From a virus, in the IMG/VR virus record IMGVR_UViG_3300021197_000993, positions 4,811 through 68,810 of that record: 64,000 nucleotides of DNA; one strand, 5' to 3'. Shown piece by piece: positions 21,501 through 27,893 of this stretch. The number at the start of each line of letters is the position of its first letter. The stretch's first letter is position 1. Position numbers and translations under genes: made by a program. The notes under the pieces were generated by a model. That model had not been told where the DNA came from and did not search any database. It saw nothing but the letters and a program-made list of their open reading frames with translations.

Positions 21501-21930
21501 GATACAACTCGCGCTGTCCTGTGTTGTAGCCAACATTGTTGCTGATAAACGAACCTGCCGCTGTTGGATAATTGTTCGCGCTTGTTGCAATAACAGATGT
21601 TTGGTTGGTGAGTTGAACCTTGAATGATGCTTTACCGGGGGCATCTACTGTCCCCATGCGTAATTCAAACAGCCCACTCTTGCTTGCAATCACACCACCG
21701 CAATCGGGCGACACCCACGCTTCAACAGTGAAACTGCTTAGTGATTGGTTGTTGGCGTTTGCAAAGCGATGGCCGTCCCCATCTTGTAATATGGGCGCAG
21801 ATGAGCGCGCAACGGCTCCGTTTAGTTCGCGCTTATGTCCTGTTTTGACAAAGTTGCCTTGTGGACAAACAATGCTATCGCTCACACCGTTGAAAAACAA
21901 CGCGTGGCTTGTTTGTCCAATAACTGCCAT
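6565..21930 (-). CDS. Giant (~5120 aa) tail/baseplate protein with N-terminal LamG (ConA-like) domain
   Basis: Uninterrupted 15.4-kb ORF. ALFFNGVSD...FTVEAWV...YHISGEF...KLYVNG...FFIGG...IGLWRFEE is the LamG signature. Start taken at ATG 21930 after GGGGAG. Confidence 0.8.
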   Translation of the reverse strand: MAVIGQTSHALFFNGVSDSIVCPQGNFVKTGHKRELNGAVARSSAPILQDGDGHRFANANNQSLSSFTVEAWVSPDCGGVIASKSGLFELRMGTVDAPGKASFKVQLTNQTSVIATSANNYPTAAGSFISNNVGYNTGQRELYHISGEFNGEQVKLYVNGELLASHKMNKKYSCNMNDQDFFIGGKGGEYRGYIETVHWKSDVSTLETRAKPCMLSNSTIGLWRFEEPVSVDETTFYATSNITAGDTTITIGSTACQTLYETVSGKSDTLATNYPLESLGNYQVANAAHSGGAQVISVAHTPFNLIINPTATDVLTGLPNGTPPERVRLKQINTNGTITVESIHLDFGVSSNTGSRGVLHSRTAFNSGNNFANDSSLVLVRSDLLIDSESGKPFQRLGTGSQAIDRTGAMVIDESQNEFHGFIYSRGIAVNTNAFAPSSWTIAERFKTGHAGRHVYSHRKGHPFLQMLPPIHEQEITRTIDGIADDVLVTFAGSYLGLKNVMPINSKVEISHTAFNARIMSIKTSATTNGIVRNGLASLDAHRDGVIAISVDSIEPFLLKGGGIGVSSTTDAQYTKHLTPETESRVAILEVSGLTAGYVEIHYNAVDLTGSKMGLSNPALLITKTVPDGGCLLDGNRVAAHIANAVGAGATIHSPGGVITASSQDIGSAQVAMKPHHLVGDNTGGISYETDLDESFLPSNYTPRVAGDESQKPPQGIGTTSHPSAYHKLHLQPMQRSASDPPVGEAPTHYQESTQFASQKGGAFEMFDIIDNDKEGDSYIFIVQPSKRERTMQLTRTTPATVDFNDNTYFTIEYIQTTARITSMQVNDSGAGRYLIMEGQGLMADIADQTVAYSGDGSPNSHIVKEIQPGAPVVSVTLGGVGQGAINTKPTWDPASLSRVGWNTRHDCAAIIQNIESSSSQTVVVAALNNAGITLATWGTYCFPATGRIYLENGASAEYASKTGTTFTFASGIVHTGSGKFLLPNGNETGSFANWVTQSGITAGQLVLLDPLFATSSICADGTTVNDRLFQSLGSVQHDYQLGTQYASTRALVEIPLFPQQFFENRNTGIFPGPDNSMKLHLDATMTAQAWNPSPVGRRAPNYPANDYEAFGQYQYRLSNDLPIRATVRRYDQQGTNRILYIGDGLLRIPKSNFNAAGTVKGVSTRRTRKLVLGNGEWAYYEYAGGSTITLSELDTHSSPDFFASLTVGSQIIVGVLPNNTSFPLAGDDDYASSAQEYRRPFYYDRGSVMTQGGNLDYGLRQYVSAVEFKAGPSANPHLPRIKSKNAKLDLLILITGQTFSFKGDIPKGHLPTNYSFAAVNEATGRKYVITYNSTTNATQLTINAHPLLDNTAPNVAAGDTLTLLGIYSTSATTFPIKLEDGIANATWNNPYCPGGLRYGDTVWMNMHYTNPHAIEGMFCKSRGVLNEYEVWSGFDGGKGSLGVEARDSLPLENFLIGDTCLESARNFVQHVNKTIELNWTELGHGTSAPVVAFLDPYLSTETHARVLLYDVEHDREFISFHDLHMQVQTSAATPTIEGLDVAAGFKTQRKDNATTSTTDAQTINSTSYNLIKDEGKSQYVESAYAHKSWWLMDESFMLTNNVALNRFNRKGRATQHTIQFGTETTQFGQGRVQQSTVDVDSAQTQHAETIDHDTSEAIIDNTTGHYQFSSTFFDTPEGTRVISAFLCLKGKRAVAHNIVDVGDSHLSKLPHWTDMDFVRRLSIDMGEIGLREGVTDIEAAAREVVRLINQGGALNGQSSQRRPSDQYAGEGERFDINRRAVSVGGIDTEEPTDATAAHHHADFATTGSTHDPAPFWNAQTAFTSFDRGSHMGYLRAHLGRVVEDANGNEGYSIVIHSTVPGATSRNFCAWLDNSKGQAEYKPQFLIGHGGRFRNFYCAPPEIAGENMHPAPMPIDKNGKPFAPITTLREYVALDEDSDEFFTNLHLGFNSNFNTSTQETPNSGTSTGRASNTGAMESFENSGQKFTIREGLQTGSNARARINFGGIVAAGVPGFAPDAGDWGFGEDGKDTGRFVSSIYGNYLEADDTYYSVYNSYVPSLQVNDASVGTQSLYGLKMVDHRGKSHILRYIYRRAGDSFSHKNSVMPNTIDEETLVYFNDRDIAQGGFTIGANMWGKGSDGTPFFYTGTTDHNWRGNKWRGVHTPNAGYAVTMDTAMANNTLGIHDASGYGYHNGGIWHQLPDVDDVLGWMGFPNSGLVWLAIPSSRSQYNNVGVVFSYTSRTQNGRGGPHTFFGVEGFGANSMAATWFDSQDKAGPTSVSSSRAPVIISPHLNQTTIVTDELIAAATAYAFTVDPNEGNQYFDCSHLRAPDGRTYGEIMGDNAQTAIEITKFNQDKEVIPLNKMFSVSLSPDWGLQSSIVEHATINASFSSGGQFGGLGDKVGSTMEEVGYLPHTLLTITTRYKGSNANTATPVLVDQTNNAIPIDNWQKHLRGDKFTRYEGDHITPSLEAATYELDPQTAGLAFPGGTAYDTYQIQMRDPALFTVLGRQYAWQLQHVDTGGSNLNYDTSTEFGGSTTIDGSWTPFKRMDIDEDTYIYCAALSSIDAPTDVAQDLLAWHHDDSKGDFKDKVIVNAILQRFKFVNDIQGLRLRANRRGKPLLYFRGAQDSIDHHVPLYFGGGFSGVVMDINDSSRVDYSAHNKHPYASGPTGSAGLQDIGEKMGAYALLDTTALFAMFPAAIITNQHRGEATPPFANQDAVLNPDIDGNTNTHTIPTTTYTNVNIAQPTPVVLRFAHPYARYTDSTNSVAYMIFGPGQAVPKHWYGEGVAIDVAKEPSAKWTAAFKKYCSLDGAMATTFNQGNESGYFLPNELSNGTLNGAANQFLPPADAYSANNVFPYTTFRHWEPSYGSPNSAFNQSISTEARYVSSHFFGASSAAQSAANEYGHPFSFYAAAVRFSSARVKSFALDKLIFHLDGGYTAGGSWFDNSVRKNAPHPITATLVNSVNATVQYIDRLGLNATMFRVGSQVLTDYDDNLDAVVPDDVFLIDATRCQNSEELGAVVAAAINTWPGRSNLKALGGSFLPSFQDAQRQDRYGWIDVGSLGAYTNEPHGLVSVGTALPMTLPENGWIRVSNGTKSYYGYYSHYDVAQGTFILGGNMRSGFKRLEEPAIGGTGDVSSVEGEGHKVFVWSKAGNLRWDNGFQNAVDGTRSTGTTSSGQMSNGPFDHYASTQVHFNGATDAIDRTRAVGAVGWHGERYSYFNSLNISDKVAAGLGAWHPMMGFTPYGAATACHNPQSLEWVLRLVSGSGAETTDNGEHVWEPKTNTHNATSLHQRHFVVVSYEGDLPIIAKAARNGQQTCGDMLQLKWGGTQGGTITAYHNERFNNDRYNAESNAGPHVEAMHDTTMTTPTNDNANSRLWTHAASTSLAQSETCLYPTGDLFFDKTENPNNAHYPNDNIFDSEVAKTENVGYDTYGTHRDTIYSYFKTRYAGRNFFAEHVVWKRMGGGNLTLPAQNARGLGSMPWQVHKVGSEYIRFGETIYGNVRFSFETTNAAMYPVIQAQELAHPALAEQYPYEVQNALNIPNEEMQFKDMVVVDDTGQEHILTGGSPLGVVIRDYKIVHDRENEGLAPALAGSGVAPNMKIQLPDHDEIPGNILVRAGFDRLQAYQHETIGSGGLQHPNQPTKQTIDAFNGQSDGHPRTEPFWEQDGYEHINQNPNSFPDSNKALQSENILETSYEPHDRALYFHITKMGYTYTEREPLRIVNNTMTLNRLTVASVGTNTITTKEAIVADIWKQDPTPDGRYFLSINGTIASFTDAPDGGTQFTGVAFAPDFTASEDDSIKPSFYIPAGSTRQFAARRLRDHAEVSGNSPDKPHTNWSTLSAGTSPATLVRAANKLTPMPLPRMGHHYVMPTMAMLPGHLAHPLYQRIYQANRACFGATDYDTSKTIANPLLWFSGTTAPNPPSDIHGDGFTLLTETKLRFDGYGIADDTAACNAAGGHRIQLEVGSANGANYNTQFHFPDPAEVGAYQIVIQPNLFSKQLMGNNENTVFASTDAPKEPGATNATVRTLTDQLFATVVGMKSRDLILSEATMADVRGCEIYLNEVILDIDPSTREQFTNIPTLGLSNPFGVNATSSGAFTRRSLPYHPNMFHRSTPGHTVTVPWWSVALASSTVFSSTSPWKGSQLYHPDDYYLFCRSTLGAVGTQTTMLGYPSHYLDVYTDYLTSLTPVANVEHADQGNNKLYVRNNNLFPVAGADYYAQYLVIVDDNGVEQTASYEDRGYISGVGANGPVVFNSVAAITSGFWTAAVQNATVRLKSKYNNLGAGEVYTNSKASVATRNLPQLLSGTRDTNSLHLPDAYLCLWHYNLGRPMTWFSDSQTDRATKNDPAVDKKAYNHAPEHFEMIHYHEFTYAMSDGPFKFRMKSPSNVDGSIADTYSVAALINQAGVDGKSRKYNLGAFWPGGHRFGAQMSSLSLYGTAAPGWRDKWDSNIIKQVSDADGLVITNGDVETITETILSKTAHKQAGWGYRVSLRQPYNRPRWAIKSNQGLRDSQTYYHFQAEGPFISSQNGTTRINQQSGSSNTTGTATTNPNYVGIIERQTNASALIGSDLKFQQVRYSDGRRMTKGFGCAVRNFRNPTTAIRKFHADLPAGHKAGTDVDDQRVNLALAQAHYMIDWWGNTTGEEVRRFPVRGFGIRPSWDPEDAYRATDRTKSAESMYSTITGMVFSEASVNFFDPATAKRVGDRGDGRGVRYPTYFNEDILQDVSEDMRPFGLVLSHHTSEPPFMGGFLRPSNVQLQSHEVPRGISAKLELAGDDGLLKREANVGTNVEKSNFNFMQEPIAKSKPRIGIDGTSVVENNGEMSPRYIIASTEATSVHTDRQVGQRFILAGGVSTANRAVDNLNLHTLNLSSAKQVMKFGTTHGIPPIGGTYIMEVSSDGENISDHHWGASSGITTNPYQTSNHDSTSYKTNTKDTTIKFLVRPVRVLDNQHIELFRDDTTHVLSATAAGRYGVFVYDAPNARAADGASSYMRNSNPTPSNPPYAPVYLFTISGSGASTSAPASVGPKIPGSEASDFTTLATQPVARMIVSNNTLQHFRGDASRRQSVNDGNESFVRLDYTVQPRYTQSLFAGDKLNTSNHSSEGDRTDNTGLGA

Positions 21931-21931
21931 C

Positions 21932-23095
21932 TTAACTCCCCACAATAAAATCAATTGGCATGAATGTCAAAGAGCCTTCGTAAACATTTTCACCAGCAAT
22001 GTAGTTGAATGACATAGCAACCACTGTTCCAGCCATGCCTGTCTTCTTATCGGTTGGGTCAAACTTGACACCAACATCAAGGTTGTTTGCAAGCGCGTCT
22101 TGTTGATTTGCATTAGCGCGACCAGTTATCATCATGAGGTTGCGTTCAGTGTAATCGTCAGCGGCGGCTGTGCTGGTAATCAGTGAGTTGTAGGGGATTT
22201 GCACACCAATGATGTAGTCGGATGTTTGTTGCGTCAAAAGACTTGCATCTGCTTCAAGCATTGGGTCATTATCGGGTGTGTTGACTAACACACCGGATGC
22301 ACCAAAGAGGCTGGCGTTGCCAACATACGCGATGAGGTCTTGGAGTTTATCTCCCGCGCTACGACAAGACTTGGCTTGACCACCAGCAAACACCTCAAAC
22401 AACGGTGCTTTTGTAGCCAACCCTTTGCTGAAAAATGGTGTTTCGCTGTTGCCGCCAGCACCTTTGTCCACTTGAGTAAAGGTGAGTTTTGCGTTGTTTG
22501 TCAGTTCACCGTTGCTGGTGGTGATTGTGAACGCGCTACTGAAAGTTGTGCTTGTTGTGCTGACTTGTCGCGGGCTAAAGTTGGCGGCTTCACACGCTGT
22601 CTTAACAGCCGCCGCCAGTCCGTTATCAGTCGTGATGCCTTGAATACCAACAATCACGGTGGGCGGCACATTGATGTCGCTGTGGGATGCTGTGCTACTA
22701 TCAAATTGGATTTTGATTGGGTCGCGCGTTGTGTTTTCACCTGTGTAGGTTGATTCAATTGAAAACGACTGACCGTTAAGGTCGCTCAAAGAAACTGATG
22801 GGCTACCCCCACTCAAATACGATTGGCGCGTGCCGCCGTCGCTGTTTGCTAATGCGCTAAAATCAACCGATGCTTTTGCCGCGATTGATTCAAACGCACT
22901 GGCCGCGCAGTCGTCATCAGCAAGAATAACATTGAACTTGAAGTCTGCTGTGACCATGTTGAGGTCAATACCGTAGCGTTCACCAAGAACAGGAACAGGC
23001 ATAACAGGAACGCTTCGCGTGATGTTCATGCTGTAATCGGTAGCGTCCAGCGTCAAGACTTGACCATCGTTGCGAATCAATCGTATTTTGGTCAA
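21932..23095 (-). CDS. Distal tail (Dit-like) protein
   Basis: 387 aa, beta-rich, directly after the tape measure gene. Assignment is by position. Confidence 0.55.
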   Translation of the reverse strand: MTKIRLIRNDGQVLTLDATDYSMNITRSVPVMPVPVLGERYGIDLNMVTADFKFNVILADDDCAASAFESIAAKASVDFSALANSDGGTRQSYLSGGSPSVSLSDLNGQSFSIESTYTGENTTRDPIKIQFDSSTASHSDINVPPTVIVGIQGITTDNGLAAAVKTACEAANFSPRQVSTTSTTFSSAFTITTSNGELTNNAKLTFTQVDKGAGGNSETPFFSKGLATKAPLFEVFAGGQAKSCRSAGDKLQDLIAYVGNASLFGASGVLVNTPDNDPMLEADASLLTQQTSDYIIGVQIPYNSLITSTAAADDYTERNLMMITGRANANQQDALANNLDVGVKFDPTDKKTGMAGTVVAMSFNYIAGENVYEGSLTFMPIDFIVGS

Positions 23096-24798
23096 ACACC
23101 CGACCTCCTGTTTCCGTGTGAACGACCGCCACGAGACATTTCAGCGCGGATAAGGTCGCCAATTTCGCGCGCAAGTTGTTTCTTGTCAGTGCGGTCTGTC
23201 ACGCCACCGACATTGATGTTGACCGTCATACCTCCGCCCATACCGATACCTGTTGGATTGTTTTTGCGGTTGAGCGGCACAACGGCCTCCGGACCATCCT
23301 CGCCAATCATAGCGAGCGTTGGTTTGTTGACAATACCACCTTGTGCGAGCATTGGGATTTGCGGTAGTTTGAACTCTTTACCGCCAACAACAGGAACCCA
23401 ATCGGGGATGTCAAACGCCATCAAATCTGCGAAGTCATTGTAAATGCCCGATACTGCGTTAAAGACACTTTTGAAAGCGTCAAGCGCGCCATCCTTTATT
23501 CGCCCCGGCAATTTGGTAAAGAACTCAACAATGCCTTCTCCACCTTTTATGACATTTTCGTAGAACGATATAAACGGCGTGGCTAAAAGAACAGCCGCAC
23601 CTGTAATCAATCCGAGTATTGTTGCAATGACGAGTGTGATAGAAGCAACGATGAAACCTATGACAACGACGAAAGCCGTTTTTATTCCGAGGAAAATTGC
23701 TCCACCGAGGAACTTCAAGAACTCCCACATGCCTGTGAAAAACAGTTTGACCGTATCCCACTCGCGTATCATCAAAGCAATAATAAAAACGATGGCCGCG
23801 GCGATAGCGGCAGGGACAGCGGCAACACCAATCAAGATAGCACCGACGGCAATTGCAATCGCGCTGACTACACCAATGAGAATACCTTTGATACCATCAC
23901 CAGCACCCATCGCGAAGGCTACCATACCTGCAACTCCACCAATGAAAAGACCAATACCAGCAACGACAGCACCCACAGCACCCACAGTCGCCGCTTTGAC
24001 ACCAAAAGCGGCGGCAATCGCGGCAGATTTCAATGTAATAAGAATCCCAGCAAACACAATAGCAAGACCAGTAGCGACGACAGTTGCAAGACGCGAGTTT
24101 TCAAACTCCGCGTTGAACATACGGAATGCTCCAACAACGAGAACAGCCGCACCTGCTAACAGTCCAACGGTTCCTCCAAGTGCTAATGATGCGATACCCG
24201 CGACCACGAAAGCCGCCGCGAGGATGTCAAGTGCTGTTATCAAACCTCCTTCATCACCTTCTCCGCTGATGACAAACACCAAACCCAGCATCGCGTCATG
24301 CAGTGGCCCTAAATCCTCCGTCATGTCAAGAATAGGACTATTGGCTCCTTCAAAAGCAATGGACAATGTAGCAAGCGCGAATCCAACAATGAGGAAAATG
24401 CTTACCAACGAAAATGCCGACACCATAACACGACGGAGCAGTGTGTTCTTTTTGTCCAAATACTTGTTGGCGAACTTAACTGCAACTCCATGCGCGATGG
24501 TAGCCGCCGCCAACTTCTCCATGACAGTCATGTTTTCTTTCAGTTCATCCTGTTGTTTTGTGTTGAGGTTTGAAAATAATGCGCCGCGTTTAACCACGGT
24601 AGATATGCTTTCAGCAAAGCCTTGCAATTGAAGACGAATGGCGTTAAGTGGTGAGCGTTTTAGCGCGGTTGTGACCTTCTTTTGTTGCTTCTCAAACACG
24701 CCCATTTTTTTCGTCGCGTTCATGTTGAAAACGCCAAACTGCTCAAGTGCGACGGTGAGTTCATCCACTTGGTCTTTTAATTGCTGAATCTCGCTCAT
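23092..24798 (-). CDS. Tape measure protein (568 aa)
   Basis: N-terminal coiled coil, long Ala/Gly/Ile hydrophobic helices and the C-terminal PMLAQGGIVNKPTLAMIGEDGPEAVVPL motif. Follows the chaperone genes. Confidence 0.85.
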   Translation of the reverse strand: MSEIQQLKDQVDELTVALEQFGVFNMNATKKMGVFEKQQKKVTTALKRSPLNAIRLQLQGFAESISTVVKRGALFSNLNTKQQDELKENMTVMEKLAAATIAHGVAVKFANKYLDKKNTLLRRVMVSAFSLVSIFLIVGFALATLSIAFEGANSPILDMTEDLGPLHDAMLGLVFVISGEGDEGGLITALDILAAAFVVAGIASLALGGTVGLLAGAAVLVVGAFRMFNAEFENSRLATVVATGLAIVFAGILITLKSAAIAAAFGVKAATVGAVGAVVAGIGLFIGGVAGMVAFAMGAGDGIKGILIGVVSAIAIAVGAILIGVAAVPAAIAAAIVFIIALMIREWDTVKLFFTGMWEFLKFLGGAIFLGIKTAFVVVIGFIVASITLVIATILGLITGAAVLLATPFISFYENVIKGGEGIVEFFTKLPGRIKDGALDAFKSVFNAVSGIYNDFADLMAFDIPDWVPVVGGKEFKLPQIPMLAQGGIVNKPTLAMIGEDGPEAVVPLNRKNNPTGIGMGGGMTVNINVGGVTDRTDKKQLAREIGDLIRAEMSRGGRSHGNRRSGV

Positions 24799-24799
24799 T

Positions 24800-25093
24800 T
24801 CACCACCCTTCGCTAAACGGCATCGGTCCGTGTGTTGAGCCTACGCGCTTCTTGTTATTTGCACCATCGGTTGCTTTCTGTATTTCTTCTCCTTTGATAC
24901 GCTCCGAAGCGGTCGCCCAAATGAAAGAAGTCTCAAACGCGCTGATACTCATATCCCACACCTGTTGAATGCTAATCCCGTAATGCTTGGCTACGAAATA
25001 CGCCGCCGCGCTAAAACCGTGTTCAAGATTGGGCGATGGTTTTCGTAGAAACTGATAGGCTTCTTCTATTCGCTCGCCCCATCCGCTAAAGGG
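24800..25093 (-). CDS. -1 frame extension of the tail assembly chaperone (gpGT-like, 97 aa)
   Basis: Not in the ORF track. Hand translation from the slippery site gives PFSGWGERIEEAYQFLRK...YFVAKHYGISIQQVWDMS...PFSEGW*, with the stop at 24800-24802 just before the tape measure ATG. Confidence 0.8.
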   Translation of the reverse strand, partial: PFSGWGERIEEAYQFLRKPSPNLEHGFSAAAYFVAKHYGISIQQVWDMSISAFETSFIWATASERIKGEEIQKATDGANNKKRVGSTHGPMPFSEGW

Positions 25094-25428
25094 TTCGCCA
25101 GCAAGTCTTGAGGTTGAGGCAACAATGCGGTGATTTGATTCGCGATGAATGGCCGTAGCGACAACATTTGCGGAATAGTAAGACGCGGTTCTGTTTTGTC
25201 AATGGCTTCGGCGAACATGTATTTCCAGTAGTTGGCGAGGTCAATATCAACCGAGCCACCCGCGCTTAGGTTCACAAAAGTTTTGATTGCGTCTTGCAAC
25301 TGCATGAAGGATAATTCCTTCACCCATACTTTCATGACCACTTCGGAGTCATTTTCGTCTGCTTGTATTTCATGCTCCACCGCTTGGCTGTTCACCAAGA
25401 GGCTCATCGGGTCCGCTATTTTCGGCAT
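25066..25428 (-). CDS. Tail assembly chaperone (gpG-like)
   Basis: ~120 aa, acidic, between tail tube and tape measure, ending in a slippery site. Confidence 0.8.
   Translation of the reverse strand: MPKIADPMSLLVNSQAVEHEIQADENDSEVVMKVWVKELSFMQLQDAIKTFVNLSAGGSVDIDLANYWKYMFAEAIDKTEPRLTIPQMLSLRPFIANQITALLPQPQDLLANPLADGASE
25087..25093 (-). promoter_or_regulatory. Programmed -1 ribosomal frameshift heptamer C CCT TTA
   Basis: X XXY YYZ pattern in the correct frame (AAC CCT TTA), five codons before the chaperone stop. The -1 frame stays open for 97 codons. Confidence 0.8.
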
Positions 25429-25807
25429 TGTTCTCACTTACTCCCTCGTCGCTTGTCGCGGCTTCTTCGGAAGGAGCGACTTCATCCACTTCAACTGCCT
25501 CTTCGGAGGGGGTATCGGCTTCAATAAGGCGAGCAATGAGGTCCGCCTTTGCACCAGCAACCGGAAGACCTCGCGCCCGTAATAGGGCTTTGAGTTCTTC
25601 AACAGTCATGGACTCGTAATCGGGTTCAGCAACTTCAACAGATTGTTCTTCTGTTTGTTGCTCTTCGGGAAACGGATTGCCGTCAGTCTTTGCGGCTTCG
25701 GGGTTGAACACTTCGTCAATGACTTCGGGTTCAGCAATGAAAGTCTCTTTTTCAACCGCGCGAATGTGAAGAGGTCGTTCGCCTCCAATGTGCATGTCTC
25801 GCTTCAT
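25370..25807 (-). CDS. Acidic protein with SAP domain
   Basis: DYESMTVEELKALLRARGLPVAGAKADLIARLIEAD matches the SAP consensus. ATG 25807 overlaps the upstream stop (ATGA). Confidence 0.8.
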   Translation of the reverse strand: MKRDMHIGGERPLHIRAVEKETFIAEPEVIDEVFNPEAAKTDGNPFPEEQQTEEQSVEVAEPDYESMTVEELKALLRARGLPVAGAKADLIARLIEADTPSEEAVEVDEVAPSEEAATSDEGVSENNAENSGPDEPLGEQPSGGA

Positions 25808-25950
25808 GCGCCACACCCCATTTTCTCACAGGTTGAGCCTTCGGGTTTGCACTTTGGACATGTTTTGCAACCACGACAACCTTTACAGTCGTCGTCTTTG
25901 CACATACTTTCTTTCAACAGCGTTCCCCAACTTTCTCTAAACGGATTCAT
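25804..25950 (-). CDS. 48-aa Cys-rich metallothionein-like peptide with AWxxLK-type leader
   Basis: Below the ORF-track cutoff. MNPFRESWGTLLKESMCKDDDCKGCRGCKTCPKCKPEGSTCEKMGCGA*, with GAGGTGA RBS and an ATGA overlap with the next gene. Confidence 0.75.
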   Translation of the reverse strand: MNPFRESWGTLLKESMCKDDDCKGCRGCKTCPKCKPEGSTCEKMGCGA

Positions 25951-25959
25951 TTTTTCACC

Positions 25960-27873
25960 TCACATGTGCAAGAAAGCATCGTGCGAAATCACGCGCACAT
26001 GCTTTGGCATAATCTTCAACTCACTCTTGATAACACCCTTGTCTTCGGGTATAGGGAGTGGAGCCTCCGTGATAATGTAGTCGTCAACGACGATGATGAC
26101 CTCTTCGCGATTAGAACCCGCACCAGCCTTTGTCAGCGTAAGCGTGATAGGTTCGGTGAAGTCATGAGTTCGGTTGGTTCGGAACTCATGCCAAATCAAC
26201 GGGTCGCTGGCGATGACGGTCATGGACAACTCGTATTCCATTGCCTTCTCAATCATGAGGTTCGCGTTGCGTGAACCACCAAACGGGATTTGTTCAAGCG
26301 AATCACCAGCGGTGTTTCGGTCTTCGGCTTGTCCGTTGCCGCGGATTGTGTAAATGCTTTCAACATTGTTGTTGCCGCTCAATGCAAAGTTCGTGACTTG
26401 CGCGATGTTGATTCCAAAGGAACTGATTGAACCGTTGTAGAAGAAGAACGGCTTCTCGGTGTTTGGTGCAATACCAGCCTTCTTGCGGTTAATGGTGCTG
26501 TTCGCGGTGTTTTCAAACATGCGGTGTGCTGTGTAGCGGTCGCCTTTGTTGGAGTCTTCAAGACGACCTGTGTCGGTGTAGCAGTAAAGCGCGTCAAAGT
26601 TGATGCTCAATTTGACTTCTGCGTCTGCATCAGCCGCGAGAGAAAAGTCCTTGACTTTACAACCTTTCCAAACGCGCGTAAGTTGCTTGCTGTCGTTGGT
26701 TGAACCGGGGGCCGCAATGCCTTCTGCGCTGGCGTTGAAAGAGCCTGTGTTGTTGGTTCGGATGCTTGATTCAATAGAAAACGAAGGGAGTGTTGCACCG
26801 GAGAATAATAATCGCGATTGACGGTTGGTGATTGTTCCGAAGGAAGCGGCGGTTGTGACAAAATTGGGCGAACCGTTGGATGCCGCCGCGTCGTATTTCA
26901 AAGCCCTCAATGAATATACACTTGCGAGGTGGTTGAAGTAGAATGGCTCTTCAACATGGATTCGCCTTGTTGTCGTGTCAATGTAGAGGACTTGACGGAT
27001 TTCATTGCGTTCCGTGTTTTCCATGTCAATACCAAGACCGTCAGCACCCCATTCTTTTGAAGCGGCGGCTGGGGTATCCTTGGGGAAATCTGTGGCTGTG
27101 CTGTCTTGCACGACGACATAATCACCTGCCGCGAGATTAGAAAGTGTGCCTGTGTAAGCAATGAAAGTGTCGCCAGCGGCGATGTCCAATTTGCCGTGTC
27201 CGCTTGGGTCGGTCATGAGTGCGGCGGGAATATCAATGACTTCGCGACCGAGGGAGTAGTAAAGCCAGCGCGCGCTGTTCATCATTATCTCCATTGAACC
27301 ACCTTCGTTGGAGAATCGCTGTGGTTCTTGGATGACAACATCACGGCCTACGCCGACGATGTGCGAGCGTCGCACTTCCACTTTGGTTTCCGGCAATGCG
27401 ACAGTTGCCGCGAGGCCGATAAATTGGTCTGTGAGAACAGATTCATCGGAAGAAGAAGCAGATGCGTGAAAAGTCATCCCTGCGTCAATCGTTGGTGTTC
27501 CGACCGTATCAATGCGCAACTCATCACCCGACGCAGATGTAGTAGACACTTCTTTCATTGCAGGTGAAACGGTGAGTGTAGCACCACTGTTTGCGACAAT
27601 TGTGTAAACATGTCCTTTGGTGGCGTTGTCATCAAGGGTGAAATTGCCACCACCAATGACGCGAAGTTGAGAACCAACAAGCATACCAGCAGGGTATCGC
27701 AACAGTGAGCCGGACGAGAAGAAACCAGCACTCGCGCCTGTGAAAGTGATTAAAGTGCCAGCGGCATTTGTCGCGAAACGAAGACCACCAAAACTATCAA
27801 AGGCTAATGCCAATCCACATTCTTTACCGAATGTCACTTCGGATAGGTCGCCTTTATACACTGTTGATGCCAT
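25960..27873 (-). CDS. Major tail tube protein (~637 aa, with inserted beta domains)
   Basis: Upstream of chaperone and tape measure. Contains tube-like segments (LPSFSIE, GCKVKDFSL, FALSGNNN) and G/S/T-rich insertions. No sheath gene recognised, so siphovirus-like. Confidence 0.7.
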   Translation of the reverse strand: MASTVYKGDLSEVTFGKECGLALAFDSFGGLRFATNAAGTLITFTGASAGFFSSGSLLRYPAGMLVGSQLRVIGGGNFTLDDNATKGHVYTIVANSGATLTVSPAMKEVSTTSASGDELRIDTVGTPTIDAGMTFHASASSSDESVLTDQFIGLAATVALPETKVEVRRSHIVGVGRDVVIQEPQRFSNEGGSMEIMMNSARWLYYSLGREVIDIPAALMTDPSGHGKLDIAAGDTFIAYTGTLSNLAAGDYVVVQDSTATDFPKDTPAAASKEWGADGLGIDMENTERNEIRQVLYIDTTTRRIHVEEPFYFNHLASVYSLRALKYDAAASNGSPNFVTTAASFGTITNRQSRLLFSGATLPSFSIESSIRTNNTGSFNASAEGIAAPGSTNDSKQLTRVWKGCKVKDFSLAADADAEVKLSINFDALYCYTDTGRLEDSNKGDRYTAHRMFENTANSTINRKKAGIAPNTEKPFFFYNGSISSFGINIAQVTNFALSGNNNVESIYTIRGNGQAEDRNTAGDSLEQIPFGGSRNANLMIEKAMEYELSMTVIASDPLIWHEFRTNRTHDFTEPITLTLTKAGAGSNREEVIIVVDDYIITEAPLPIPEDKGVIKSELKIMPKHVRVISHDAFLHM

Positions 27874-27893
27874 GTTTTTCGCTCCGCCTTGTC

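Noticed and set aside
23579-24631. Long plus-strand ORFs (also 1984-2742, 2229-3068, 78-689, 39834-40529 and many others)
   Set aside because: They are antisense shadows of well-supported minus-strand genes, with no RBS or recognisable motifs.
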